DNA of 64,000 nucleotides from Acidimicrobiales bacterium (GCA_003243955.1 QHCE01000024.1:188-64187), one strand, 5' to 3'. Numbered from the stretch's first letter, positions 18,771 through 28,472 are shown. Numbers and translations: made by a program. Notes: generated from the sequence alone by a model not told the origin.

Positions 18771-19289
18771 CTACTTTAATTTTCCGCTAGGTTCCAGCAG
18801 CTCATTCAGCTCGGAGGCGTCGTACCACTCAAGCTCGTGGCCCAAAGCCGAATCCACTACAAACTGCGAATCGGTGTCCCCAAGATCGGCTGGAATGACG
18901 GCTGCCGCAGCTGCCGCTATGGCCGATGTGGCATTCGCGCTGTCTATATGCACACACGCCCACCACTGCGTAAGCACCGGAACGCTCACTCGCACCACGG
19001 CTCGATCTAGCTCGGGCCGCTGCGTCACGAACTCTTCTGGTACGTCGGCGGAGATCACCAGCCGCCGGCGGGACGCGAGCGGATCGGCGTCCAGCAGGCG
19101 TAGCGAGCCGCGAGCCGCTTCGGTGAACGCCGCGTATTCAAGTTCTTCGGCATCGTCATCGAGGTACCAGCTGCGCAACGCGGCTGTGACCGCGAAGCCG
19201 GTCACAGGAGCAGGACCGAGCTCACCCTCACCGAGCGCCTGCGCGGCTGCGGTCTGAGTGGCCGCACAATAAACTCTCATTACCACCAT
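18771..19289 (-). CDS. Conserved-looking hypothetical acidic protein
   Basis: 172-aa ORF with backbone-like composition. No family recognised. Confidence 0.45.
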   Translation of the reverse strand: MVVMRVYCAATQTAAAQALGEGELGPAPVTGFAVTAALRSWYLDDDAEELEYAAFTEAARGSLRLLDADPLASRRRLVISADVPEEFVTQRPELDRAVVRVSVPVLTQWWACVHIDSANATSAIAAAAAAVIPADLGDTDSQFVVDSALGHELEWYDASELNELLEPSGKLK

Positions 19290-19345
19290 TTCCTAGTCAA
19301 CTATTTTCACCATCAGCAGCCCATACGAGAGAGCGTGCGGCTGAC

Positions 19346-19981
19346 TCAGCGCAGCGGCACGCCGAATAAACTCTCCAGCTCCGCAATACTCGATTCCACT
19401 TCAACGTGATGCACGCCTATCATGCCGACCGCTGTGGCGCCACGAATGTTGATCTGCAGATCATCAATAAAGACACACTCAGCCGTCTCGGCCTGCAGGA
19501 GCGCCGCCGTGTGGCGGTAGATCCGTGGATCGGGCTTACGCATCCCTACGTCACCGGAGAGCACCACCGCGTCAAAGAGCTGCTCCCATTCGGCGCGGTC
19601 ATACCCCATGCCCCATGAGTTGGATAGCAGCACGGTGCCAATACCGTGCTGCCGGGCGCGTCGGAGCACACCCACCATGTCGGGTTCACCGCGAAGCGCC
19701 GCCCACAACCGAGCAAGGAGCCCATCCGGCAGCACCGGTTGCCCATCGAGGCGCCGCAACTCTCGCGCCAGGTGCTGTTCCAGCTCCGCTTCGCTCACCG
19801 AACCCAGCTCTAGACCGGCACCGAATTCGGCATATTCCCCGCCCTCGCACAACTGCTCCATCACAGAATCGAACAGCTCGACGTCGAGCCCCTCAATTTG
19901 GGCCCAACTCCGCCAAGTCTGGCCAATCGGGCTAGTAAGCACCCCACCGTAATCGCTGATCAGGCAGCGCGGTGAGTTCAT
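19346..19981 (-). CDS. HAD-family hydrolase
   Basis: Motif I ISDYGGVL, LLSNS, and a C-terminal FIDD motif. The start overlaps the stop of the upstream CpaE-like gene by 4 nt. Confidence 0.8.
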   Translation of the reverse strand: MNSPRCLISDYGGVLTSPIGQTWRSWAQIEGLDVELFDSVMEQLCEGGEYAEFGAGLELGSVSEAELEQHLARELRRLDGQPVLPDGLLARLWAALRGEPDMVGVLRRARQHGIGTVLLSNSWGMGYDRAEWEQLFDAVVLSGDVGMRKPDPRIYRHTAALLQAETAECVFIDDLQINIRGATAVGMIGVHHVEVESSIAELESLFGVPLR

Positions 19982-21381
19982 GCACTGGCTCCGGAAGCGA
20001 GTTGAGGCGGCAGCATATCGGCACTGAGCAATCTGACGGTGAGCTCGACTAACGCGGTGCGCAGCGGCGAGCGGGGGGCAACCTCGGCAAGTGTCCGACC
20101 CACCGAAGTCGCCCGATCGGCAGCATCGCGATCGTAGGGCATAAATGCCAGCTGTTCAACGCCGGCAAACCGCTGCATCGCCTGACTGACTTCTCGGGCA
20201 GGATCGCCCGGCATGGCTGAGCGGCGCAGCCGATTCATCACCACAATCGCGGATTTAACCGCAGCCGTATCGACCCGCTCACCAAGCTCGACAAGCCCGC
20301 GGACAAGTCTGGCCACACCGACAGGGTCAGCTGAGCCGACGGCGACTACCCGATCGGCGGCACCCAGCGCGGCAACGGTGGCAGCATTACGGCGAGGTGC
20401 CGCCGTATCGTAGGAGAGCTCCTCGTCGTCTTCCAAACAGAAGCCACAATCCACGACCACAAGCTTGGCAAGCTGCTTGGCCCGATCTAGCACGCCGACC
20501 ACAGCTTCGCCCCGCAACTCCGGCCATCGATCCGCTCGGCTGATTCCCGTGAGCACGGAGAGGTTCCGATCAACCTGACGGGCATAGCTGGATAGCGTCG
20601 CCACATCCAGTGCCCCGTGGTGATGAGCCCGTGCCGCTGCCGCAATACCTGGCGCTTCATCCAGCATTCCGAGGTGTTGCGCGATCACGCCTCCGTAGGA
20701 GTCAGCATCTATGAGCAGCGTGGATATTCCGGCTCGAGCAGCTTCGTCTGCCACTCCCAGCGCAATCGTGGTCCGCCCCGGCGCGCCAGTTGGCCCCCAC
20801 ACCGCGATGACGTTGCTAGCGGCGGGATAATTCCGCAGTGGCACAGGGTGCCTAGCTGAATTACCTAACGGTGGCATTGCAATGCCGCCGCTAGGCCCAG
20901 AAACCGGCGCCGCAATCTGCCCAGCGAAAGGAGCGGCCGGTGGTAGCCGCCCCGCCGGCGCGGATGGCGCGGAGACTGGGCCGATAGTGCCTAACGTCGG
21001 AGTTGGGCGTACCGCACCCGAGCGCTCGGCTGATTCCAGTGCCTGAATAACGAGCTCAGCAGGAGCATCGGCGGGTAGTACATAGCCGACCCCCAGTTGT
21101 CGAATGCGGCGTTCGCTCGGCTCATCGCCCGCGGGTACCAGCGCAACGATGTGCAGCCCACACGCGCGCAGCCGCGACACCGCCGAGGCATCCAACCGGC
21201 GTAGCTCCGCGGATAGAACAACGGCCCGAGCCGCTCCCGTACTCGCGGCCGCCAGTAGATCGGCAACATCCACGCAGCGCCGAATCACGTTCACCGAGGC
21301 GGCGCCGCGATCGACCGCGGCCACGAAATCAACTTCCCAAGCGGTATCGCTCACAGCAGTGAGGATCGGGAGGCTTGCCAC
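19978..21381 (-). CDS. CpaE/TadZ-like ParA/MinD-family ATPase (Ssd/Rv3660c type)
   Basis: Deviant Walker A VWGPTGAPGRTTIALGVA, an N-terminal receiver-like domain, and Tad-locus context. Confidence 0.8.
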   Translation of the reverse strand: MASLPILTAVSDTAWEVDFVAAVDRGAASVNVIRRCVDVADLLAAASTGAARAVVLSAELRRLDASAVSRLRACGLHIVALVPAGDEPSERRIRQLGVGYVLPADAPAELVIQALESAERSGAVRPTPTLGTIGPVSAPSAPAGRLPPAAPFAGQIAAPVSGPSGGIAMPPLGNSARHPVPLRNYPAASNVIAVWGPTGAPGRTTIALGVADEAARAGISTLLIDADSYGGVIAQHLGMLDEAPGIAAAARAHHHGALDVATLSSYARQVDRNLSVLTGISRADRWPELRGEAVVGVLDRAKQLAKLVVVDCGFCLEDDEELSYDTAAPRRNAATVAALGAADRVVAVGSADPVGVARLVRGLVELGERVDTAAVKSAIVVMNRLRRSAMPGDPAREVSQAMQRFAGVEQLAFMPYDRDAADRATSVGRTLAEVAPRSPLRTALVELTVRLLSADMLPPQLASGASA

Positions 21382-21384
21382 GGG

Positions 21385-22140
21385 TCAGCTTCCTTGTGCT
21401 GAGTTAGCTGGAGTTACCGGAGTCGCCGCACACACATCGGGGGGATCATCGCGGCCAGTGCTCTTTGGAGCAACCGCTGGCAGCACCGCTATATCTATTG
21501 CCATATTGTGCAGAGCCGCCACCAAATCCTTGGCCCCCTGGTCGGCTACTCGCACGCTCAGTGACCATTCCCCGCTCGAGGACAACGCACCGTTTCCGGG
21601 GCGCCCAATGTGTTGCACAATCGCCGAGCTGAGCAGTTTCTGCGTCTGATTCTTCGATTTATCGGAGCTGTCAGTGGTGGCATAGACATCGATTCGGGCA
21701 CCGTTTTGCAACGTGGATGGAACGTGGCGGGACTGCACAGGGATGCTCACCAAGCTGCCGCAGCCGCGCTCGCGCAGGGCGCCGGACGGTAGCAACTCTC
21801 CTTTACCGACATCCCGAGTCAAGGTTTTTCCCACAATATTTTTGTCGGCACCAACGTAGGCGCCCTTACTGTCGGGAAGCCGTGCATTCACGGCAACCAG
21901 ATCGTCGGGGGTGAGCTGCGTCCCTCTAGGCAGCGCGGTACGCAACGACCACATGCTGGTGGTGTCATCGGCAGCTGAGATGATTACTCCACCTCCACCG
22001 ATCGCGAGGACCACTAAGATGAGGCCGATGAGAAACCTGGTGTTCACCAGACGCGAGCGCTGGTGACGACGGGCTACTTGCGGCAGCTGAGGTGTCGGTT
22101 CGGATGACCCTCCGGCCATGTGGCGTCCTTTCCCAAACAA
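21385..22140 (-). CDS. SAF-domain protein (CpaB/RcpC-like)
   Basis: One TM helix followed by LPRGTQLTPDDLVAV and GELLPSGAL SAF-type motifs. It lies upstream of the tadZ-like gene. Confidence 0.65.
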   Translation of the reverse strand: MFGKGRHMAGGSSEPTPQLPQVARRHQRSRLVNTRFLIGLILVVLAIGGGGVIISAADDTTSMWSLRTALPRGTQLTPDDLVAVNARLPDSKGAYVGADKNIVGKTLTRDVGKGELLPSGALRERGCGSLVSIPVQSRHVPSTLQNGARIDVYATTDSSDKSKNQTQKLLSSAIVQHIGRPGNGALSSSGEWSLSVRVADQGAKDLVAALHNMAIDIAVLPAVAPKSTGRDDPPDVCAATPVTPANSAQGS

Positions 22141-22308
22141 TTCGGTGCAGGCCGAGACTAGCCGATCCGGGCACAGTTATGGGTGCCATGACTCAATGGC
22201 TGTGGATTACTACTAAAATCCGGCATGTGGTGGCATACTCAAGCAGAAGAAGCTATAGCAGCTTCGTCTAGCGTAAAGCACTACAACTTAAGGTGATCGG
22301 AGCAAACT

Positions 22309-22536
22309 ATGAGTTCCGAGCGGTTCTTGCAACTAAATGAGGTTGCTGAGCTCCTCAACATCAGTGCCTCCCAAACGTATGCGCTTGTGCGCAGTGGCGA
22401 CCTTCCCGCCATCAAAGTGGGCGGCCGAGGCCAGTGGAGAGTGGAACGGAAAGAGCTGGAGGACTATATCCATCGGATGTACAGCAAGACCCGCGATTTT
22501 GTAGAAACTCAGCCGTTGGTGAAGTCGCGAGATTAG
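22309..22536 (+). CDS. Excisionase-family helix-turn-helix DNA-binding protein
   Basis: LQLNEVAELLNISASQTYALVRSGDLPAIKVGGRGQWRV is an HTH_17/MerR-like pattern. Confidence 0.8.
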   Translation: MSSERFLQLNEVAELLNISASQTYALVRSGDLPAIKVGGRGQWRVERKELEDYIHRMYSKTRDFVETQPLVKSRD

Positions 22537-22566
22537 CGGACTCCACAGTGAGCACCCAGCGTTCGC

Positions 22567-23211
22567 TCATTCCAGCCGGACTAGCGCCAATGCGGCACAC
22601 GGAATGGTCTGCGCATGCCGTGGCGAGCGCGGCACGCGGCGCTCGCCAGACTCCTGAGTAGTGACATCCATGCAGTCTGCTCCCACCCGGTCTAGGCGCC
22701 CCAACACGGCATCGCCACTGCGTAGCACCAGGGTCAGTACTGCCCGGTCACGCATCAGCCGGCGCAGCACCATGCGCATGTCATATCTAGCGGCCACATG
22801 CCCTTCACTGCCTGGCGCGGCCGCGGCGAACGGCAGCCCCCGTAGCGTCATCACCGCGGCAAGTGGCAGCAGCACCCGCGCTCCGAGTTGATTTCCCGCG
22901 GCGGTGGCAAGTAACGCCCAATCAGCGCCAACATCGCGCAGCACTCCCGATACCGTGCTCGGTCCGGCGGAATCTACGGTGACGACGAGCTCGGAGCCAA
23001 TCGCGGCACGCAGCCGATCCACCAACCGCACCGTAGCTAACTCGCGACGCGTTCGATCCGCAACCTCAGCCGCGAATTCGGCGTCCTCGACAGCCGTTAA
23101 CTCGGACTCTAGATCGGTAAAAAGCCGATTCCACCGCTGGCCACCGGGAGGTGAGACCGCACCGCTAGCTGCTGATTCCTGCCACGGATAAGAACTCGTC
23201 ATGGCTACCAC
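22567..23211 (-). CDS. Hypothetical protein
   Basis: 214-aa ORF with backbone composition. No family recognised. Confidence 0.45.
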   Translation of the reverse strand: MVAMTSSYPWQESAASGAVSPPGGQRWNRLFTDLESELTAVEDAEFAAEVADRTRRELATVRLVDRLRAAIGSELVVTVDSAGPSTVSGVLRDVGADWALLATAAGNQLGARVLLPLAAVMTLRGLPFAAAAPGSEGHVAARYDMRMVLRRLMRDRAVLTLVLRSGDAVLGRLDRVGADCMDVTTQESGERRVPRSPRHAQTIPCAALALVRLE

Positions 23212-23365
23212 TGTCTCACTTTTCGTAAAACTCCGAGTAGCTATTTTGAAACAAACTGTAGTAAACGAGGAGAAAACTTTCTAAAAACAGCTAAACATAA
23301 GGAGTTGACTATAAGCAAACGAAGGTATATCACTTAAACATAGGCAAACACAGGAATGAGGGGTA

Positions 23366-24109
23366 ATGATCACGGTCGCTCGTTTGTCTCGGCTTGGCGC
23401 GGCTATCGCATGCTGTGCGGTGGTAGCCGCGTGGCTCTTGCCACATCCGCTAGCCGCGGGCAGAGCCCTTGGCAAGCTGCTGGATCACAGCAGCGCCGAC
23501 AGCCGAGCGGTGAACGAACTGACACTGGCCCTGAGCAGTCTGGTCGCGTGGGCGCTTATCATCTGGCTGGCCACCACGGTCCTGATGCTGCTAGCAACCC
23601 GACTACCCGGGCGAATAGGTGCCGCCGCTCGCAGCGCTAGCTGCTTGATCGTTCCCGCAATCGTTCGGCGCCTATTGTGCGGCGCGGTGAGCATCTCCCT
23701 TGCTAGCGGAATACTCGCTGGCACCGCCCAGGCCGCCTCGAAATCTGAGCCTGAATCCGGAAACCGTGCGACAGCAACTCAATCAGCCACCGTTCCAAAT
23801 TTGGACTGGCCGCAGCCGCAGAGCACACAGCTACCAAGCGGCGGGCAAGAGCCACATCCGGCCAACCGAACCGGGGTGGATCGAGGTAGCCGGCCAGCAA
23901 GTCAGGAAGGACTGCCCGCACAAGTGACTGTGCGACGCGGCGACTCCTTATGGGTGCTCGCCGCCGATCGCCTCGAACCCGGTGCGTCCAAGGGCTCAAT
24001 CGCTCGTGAGTGGCCCCGCTGGTGGGAGCGCAACCGTGACGTCATTGGCGAAAATCCGCACCTCATTTATCCAGGACAGGTGCTGCACGCCCCCACTCCA
24101 TCTGAGTAA
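23366..24109 (+). CDS. LysM-domain membrane protein
   Basis: N-terminal TM helices. The C-terminal VTVRRGDSLWVLAADRL...HLIYPGQVLHAP is a LysM domain. Confidence 0.75.
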   Translation: MITVARLSRLGAAIACCAVVAAWLLPHPLAAGRALGKLLDHSSADSRAVNELTLALSSLVAWALIIWLATTVLMLLATRLPGRIGAAARSASCLIVPAIVRRLLCGAVSISLASGILAGTAQAASKSEPESGNRATATQSATVPNLDWPQPQSTQLPSGGQEPHPANRTGVDRGSRPASQEGLPAQVTVRRGDSLWVLAADRLEPGASKGSIAREWPRWWERNRDVIGENPHLIYPGQVLHAPTPSE

Positions 24110-24146
24110 TCCATCCGAGCCCCTAGTAGTAACCAGGAGAACCGCC

Positions 24147-24776
24147 ATGCTCAACGCAGCAACAGCCCCCGCTACAGCCACTGGAATTAGACTGCGGCCA
24201 GCACCCGCATGTGAACCGCCATACGACGATGAACGAACCGACTCCCGCACCTATCTGGCGTCGGGTACCACACCGTTGCTCACCCACCCCCTACTTCCTT
24301 GTTTCACTGTGCAGCCTTATCGGCCGCCCATCTCGAGCACATGGCAACCTTCTCGGCCCAGACCAGCGCGCGTTGAGCTTGGCAGCTTTGGCCGGCGCAG
24401 CACGCCCAGTTGCGACCTACCGGAGCCCGGCCCGCATGGTAGGCGGCTGGCGCAGGCGCTACTGGAGATGATCGCCGGTGTGCGACCACTCGGGCAGCTC
24501 GTGCCGTGGTTGCATGAATCGCTGTATTTTGAGCTAGCCGGGCGGTATAGCAAAATCCGTATCGCGAATCGACAGGCGGAGGCCGCGGGCATGCAACATC
24601 TCGGCCGCTACGCTGCTCCCCAGCCTCGTGTGACCAGAGTGCATACCTGTCAACCTGCTGACGGGGTCGCCGAAATCAGCGCGGTCGCGGCTGAACAAGG
24701 CCGCGCGTATGCGGTAGCGCTTCGCCTCGAAGGTCTCGATGGAGGCTGGCGTTGCACCAGCTTCACCGTGGTCTGA
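24147..24776 (+). CDS. Rv3235-family protein
   Basis: ATG at 24147 with AGGAGA 6 nt upstream. Contains LRPAPACEPPYDDE and LLEMIAGVRPLGQLVPWL motifs. The track ORF (from 23982) overlaps the LysM gene. Confidence 0.6.
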   Translation: MLNAATAPATATGIRLRPAPACEPPYDDERTDSRTYLASGTTPLLTHPLLPCFTVQPYRPPISSTWQPSRPRPARVELGSFGRRSTPSCDLPEPGPHGRRLAQALLEMIAGVRPLGQLVPWLHESLYFELAGRYSKIRIANRQAEAAGMQHLGRYAAPQPRVTRVHTCQPADGVAEISAVAAEQGRAYAVALRLEGLDGGWRCTSFTVV

Positions 24777-24862
24777 AACTTCAGACGGCAAAACCCTGCG
24801 TTATCAGACAGGCATCGCTTATCATGATCCAATCCATGCCACTGTTAGCGAACCACTGAGGA

Positions 24863-25654
24863 GTGGTGACCATGAGCCATTGGCGTCGTAGAGCAGAGGT
24901 TGCGGTGGCAGTGGTTGCTGCATGCGCGGTCGGCGGTACGGCAACGGTGGGCTGCGCTCCGAGCCCCAGGCCTTCCCTGACCGCGGGCACCAGTAAGACT
25001 GTGGTGAACCCAAATCTTGGCGCTGACTTGTTGCGCTTCAGCGGTCCGCTCGGGGCGCACCTAGATACCATCGTATGCACCACAGCTGAGAGCACCAGCA
25101 GAATTACTCTCGGAACTGAATCTGTTGAACCAGTATCACTAATCACAAACTATGACCCAGGTTTAAAGGACCCTTTCCGGGAAGGACCCCAGATCATCGG
25201 CGAACACGGTCCTAAACCAATCGCTTGCGTAGCAGAAGTCATGAGCTGGCCAGGTTCCCGCTCTATTGACGCGGCCATCGTTGAATTTAACAACCCTAAA
25301 GGATCTGTTGCCGACGACAGTTTTACAAGAATAGTAAGCCCAGATGATCTTTTCTCCCAGCGCGGTATACCCCGGGACCCCGGAGATCTCCCAGCGGATC
25401 AGGCTACAAAAAAGCCTGTAAAGACCTCTCCGAAGCTGTTGATGAGCTCAGTGGCGTTTCCAAACCAGAACCAGTGGTTATTGGAGTATGCAAGCCTTCC
25501 AAACCCACAAACATTCACGCGTTACCTTCAACTACGGGTCCTGCTCAGCTACTTCCGGCTGCCTACAGCTCTACCCAGAGGCGTCACCACGAGTCTCAGG
25601 CGAAGAGGGCCGTGGGCAGAGCCACATAGCTATGCAGGGTCTTGCGGCATCTAG
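24863..25654 (+). CDS. Hypothetical lipoprotein, possibly 3'-corrupted
   Basis: Signal peptide plus lipobox (AVAVVAACAVGGTATVGC). The body is low in GC. The last roughly 40 aa look non-protein-like where the ORF meets the GC-rich trpS block. Confidence 0.45.
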   Translation: MVTMSHWRRRAEVAVAVVAACAVGGTATVGCAPSPRPSLTAGTSKTVVNPNLGADLLRFSGPLGAHLDTIVCTTAESTSRITLGTESVEPVSLITNYDPGLKDPFREGPQIIGEHGPKPIACVAEVMSWPGSRSIDAAIVEFNNPKGSVADDSFTRIVSPDDLFSQRGIPRDPGDLPADQATKKPVKTSPKLLMSSVAFPNQNQWLLEYASLPNPQTFTRYLQLRVLLSYFRLPTALPRGVTTSLRRRGPWAEPHSYAGSCGI

Positions 25655-25667
25655 CAGGTTGGCCGTG

Positions 25668-26807
25668 TCAACTTGATCTGGCCCCGGCAGGGCGGCTCGA
25701 GTCGGCACCACGAGTGGGCGAGAAAAGCGAATCGGTTCGTCGGTTCGCGTACGTCATTCCAAGCAGGTCGTGGACCTTGGTGAGGGTGTTGTCGGCGAGA
25801 TCGCGCGCACGCGCGTTGCCGGCGTCGAGGACCGTGTCGATGTAGTCGGTGGCCTCGACGATGTCGGCCCGCCGTTGGCGTAGCGGCCGCAGTAGTTCGT
25901 TCACCGCTTCGGTCAGTAGGTGTTTGAGCTGTCCTGCGCCTGCGTTGCCAATTTCGTCGGCGAGGTGTCGGGGGTTGTCGCTGGTGGTGGCCGCAAGGAG
26001 GTCGAGCAGGTTGGCGACGGCCGGCCGGCCGGTCGCGTCGTAGGTGATTCGGCGTTCGCTGTCGGTTGGCGCGCGGCGGATGAGCGCGGCGGTGTGGTCC
26101 TCAGTTGCCTGCAGAGCTATGCCGTTTCCGCTCGTTTTGCTCATCTTCTTGCCGTCAAGTCCGGCCAGCATCGAGCTGGCGGTGAGCAGCGCGTCCGGCT
26201 CCGGGAAGAGCGGCGACTCTACGGCGTATCGCTCATTGAATCTCCGGGCGATCAGACGTGTGGTCTCCAGGTGCGGAAGTTGATCCAGGCCGACGGGGAC
26301 GAGGTTGGCCTGGCAGAACAGGATGTCGGCGGCTTGGTGGACGGGGTAGGTGAGCATCAGGCCGGTCGGAGGTTTGCCGCTGGCCTCGATCTCGGCTTTG
26401 ACGGTCGGGTTGCGGTGCAGTTCGGCGTCACTGACGAGGCTAAGGAAGGGCAGCATGAGTTCGTTAAGGGATGGGACCGCGCTGTGTGTGAAGATCGCCG
26501 ATCGACCCGGGTCGATGCCGGCGGCAAGGTAGTCGGCCACGACGCCGCGGACTGTGGCTGGGAGCTGGCGACCAGCTTGTCGGTCGGTCATCACCTGGTA
26601 GTCCGCGATCAGCACAAGGACCTCGACGCCGAGGTTTTGAAGTCGGACCCGGTTCGCGAGCGTGCCGAGGTAGTGACCGATGTGGAGTGGGCCCGTTGGT
26701 CGGTCGCCGGTCAGAACACGGAACGTCCCGGGGTCTTGCAGGATCTGGTGTTGGAGGGTGGTGCTGCGCTTGAGTGCTGCTTGCTGCGACGGCGTGAGTT
26801 CAGGCAT
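25668..26807 (-). CDS. trpS: Tryptophan--tRNA ligase
   Basis: Contains PTGPLHIGHYLG (HIGH) and KMSKTSGN (KMSKS) motifs. The ATG at 26807 has AAGGAG 7 nt upstream, so the 42-aa extension in the track ORF is rejected. Confidence 0.9.
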   Translation of the reverse strand: MPELTPSQQAALKRSTTLQHQILQDPGTFRVLTGDRPTGPLHIGHYLGTLANRVRLQNLGVEVLVLIADYQVMTDRQAGRQLPATVRGVVADYLAAGIDPGRSAIFTHSAVPSLNELMLPFLSLVSDAELHRNPTVKAEIEASGKPPTGLMLTYPVHQAADILFCQANLVPVGLDQLPHLETTRLIARRFNERYAVESPLFPEPDALLTASSMLAGLDGKKMSKTSGNGIALQATEDHTAALIRRAPTDSERRITYDATGRPAVANLLDLLAATTSDNPRHLADEIGNAGAGQLKHLLTEAVNELLRPLRQRRADIVEATDYIDTVLDAGNARARDLADNTLTKVHDLLGMTYANRRTDSLFSPTRGADSSRPAGARSS

Positions 26808-27032
26808 TGGTGGTCTCCTTGGTTGGAGGCGACCTGTCGTGGCTGCCGAGCCGTAGTGCTGGTCCGGGAAGGCTGCCGCGAGAAGGCAGCCCAGGACGTG
26901 GATGGTCAGGGTCGCCGCTGCGACGACCACCACCAGCTCACGAGGATTCGGGACATGCGTAGATCATACGCCAGAACGCGGCGAGGGCCCAGGTGGACAC
27001 CCCGGCAGCGCGGTCCTGGGCCAGGGTAGTTG

Positions 27033-27093
27033 CCCGGGTAAGGCGCCGGGCTTGCGCCGCAGGACCTCGAGGTAGTGGTCGAGGTTGAGCGGG
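27033..27093 (-). mobile_element. Short IS21 IstA-like transposase fragment
   Basis: Translates to PLNLDHYLEVLRRKPGALPG, which resembles the conserved HYLxxLxRKPGAL segment of IstA. About 20 codons, with no intact ORF. Confidence 0.35.
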
Positions 27094-27096
27094 TGC

Positions 27097-27387
27097 CTAC
27101 GCAAACTCGACGGCGAAACGCTTTCCAGCTGATGGTGTGGTAGCGCGCTTGAGTGTTCGGATTACCGGCGCGGTCTCGACGTGGCCGATAGCGTCAATTT
27201 TTCCCACTCTTTCCGTCAGGTAGGTGTACAACGCGCCAACGTCACGGCAGAGAACGTTGGCGAGCAGATTGGAAGAGCCAGTCGTCGCGGCGACGAATGC
27301 GACTTCCGGTTGTTGTGACAAGGCTTCGGCCACTTCCCCCAGACGGGCAGGGCGCGGCGCGGGTACCGCAAGACGCCAGCGCGGCAT
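27097..27387 (-). pseudogene. Lrp/AsnC-family regulator fragment (ligand-binding domain only)
   Basis: LGEVAEALSQQPEVAFVAATTGSSNLLANVLCRDVGALYTYLTERVG is the AsnC C-terminal domain. No N-terminal HTH is present. Confidence 0.55.
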
Positions 27388-27389
27388 TG

Positions 27390-28472
27390 ATCATCCCGCA
27401 GACGTTTGGGTTGATCCGTGCCATGTTTGAGGGGGTGGAGCTCGCCAAGGCTTTGGGGATGATCGGCCCGGTCATGGCGTTGGCCGCGGTGTGTGGTCCC
27501 GTACTCGGCGGTGTGCTCACCGACACGAACATCCTCGGCGCGGGATGGCGCTCGGTGTTCGGAGTTAACGTGCCGCTGGGGGTCGCGGTGCTGCTGGTTT
27601 CGCCTCTCATCCGCGAGGATCGCTCGCCCAACAATCCCCGGCTCGACCTTGTCGGAACTGTCTTGGTGGCCGTTGCGGCAGGTCTGCTGATCTACCCGCT
27701 AGTGCAAGGCAACGATGCCGGCTGGCCGGCGTGGACCTGGATGTGCATGACGCTCGGGGTTGTGGTGCTGGCGGCGTTTATACGGCATCAAATCGAAAAG
27801 GTACGGCGGGCGGGAAGCACGCTCGTCGAACCCGGATTGTTCCGCGACCGCATGTTTCCCGCCGCGATGCTCAGCTCGTTGCTGTTCTTCGCGGTGATGA
27901 ACGGACTGATGTTCGTGCTCGTCGTCTTCTTTCAGATCGGACCCGGCATGAGTGCCCTGGGTGCCGGACTCACCATGCTGCCATGGTCGATCGGGCTGGC
28001 TGTCGGATCGTGGTTCGCTGGAGCGGTACTAGTACCCCGCTTCGGCGCCCGCGTGATGCGCGCCGGGGTTGTCATGACCGTGCTGGGCTTGGGTAGCACC
28101 GCGGTGCTCATCACGGCGCCGGCCTTCGAACTGACATGGCGACTACCAGCACCCCTCCTAGTAGCAGGGACAGGACTCGGAATGTTCACCGTCCCTTTCT
28201 TCAGTAGCGCGCTTTCCCGGATAGCCCACCACGAAACCGGATCCGCATCTGGGCTGCTCAACGCCGTTCAACAGCTCGGCGCAACTGTCGGAGTCACGCT
28301 ACTGGGCACCGTCTTCTTCCGCATCGCGCGAAACCACACAACGCAACTCGCGTCTTGCGCCGCCAGTGGGACCCAACTCGCACTGTGGATCTCTAGCGCG
28401 ATGCTCGTAGCCGTCCTGGCGCTGACCTACCCCATGCTTTCCAAGCCACGTCGCCACGCAACCGTGACCTAG
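27390..28472 (+). pseudogene. 5'-truncated DHA2 (EmrB/QacA-type) MFS transporter
   Basis: Similarity begins mid-protein (PQTFGLIRAMF..., GPVLGGVLTD, WRSVFGVNVPLG). About 4 N-terminal TM helices are missing. It abuts the AsnC fragment, implying a deletion across the divergent promoter. Confidence 0.6.
28383..28451 (+). repeat. Direct repeat copy A (3' end of the MFS gene)
   Basis: CTGTGGATCTCTAGCGCGATGCTCGTAGCCG...CCCCATGCTTTCCAAGCCACGT recurs at 29352..29421 with 4 differences. Confidence 0.9.

Noticed and set aside
26808-26933. 42-aa hydrophobic N-terminal extension on TrpRS in the track ORF (MVVVAAATLTIHVLGCLLAA...), which looks like a signal peptide.
   Set aside because: An AAGGAG site lies 7 nt upstream of the internal ATG at 26807, and normal TrpRS starts there. 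The extension is probably untranslated.
25920-27029. 369-aa plus-strand ORF opposite trpS. Similar long antisense ORFs occur at 30709..32091 (opposite secA), 56599..57837 (opposite mfd), 49165..49938 (opposite eno), 4486..5433 (opposite tadA) and 15954..16622 (opposite pruA).
   Set aside because: These are shadow ORFs, typical of high-GC DNA. The opposite strand carries proteins with unmistakable family motifs, and the antisense translations are Arg/Gly/His-rich with no recognisable domains.
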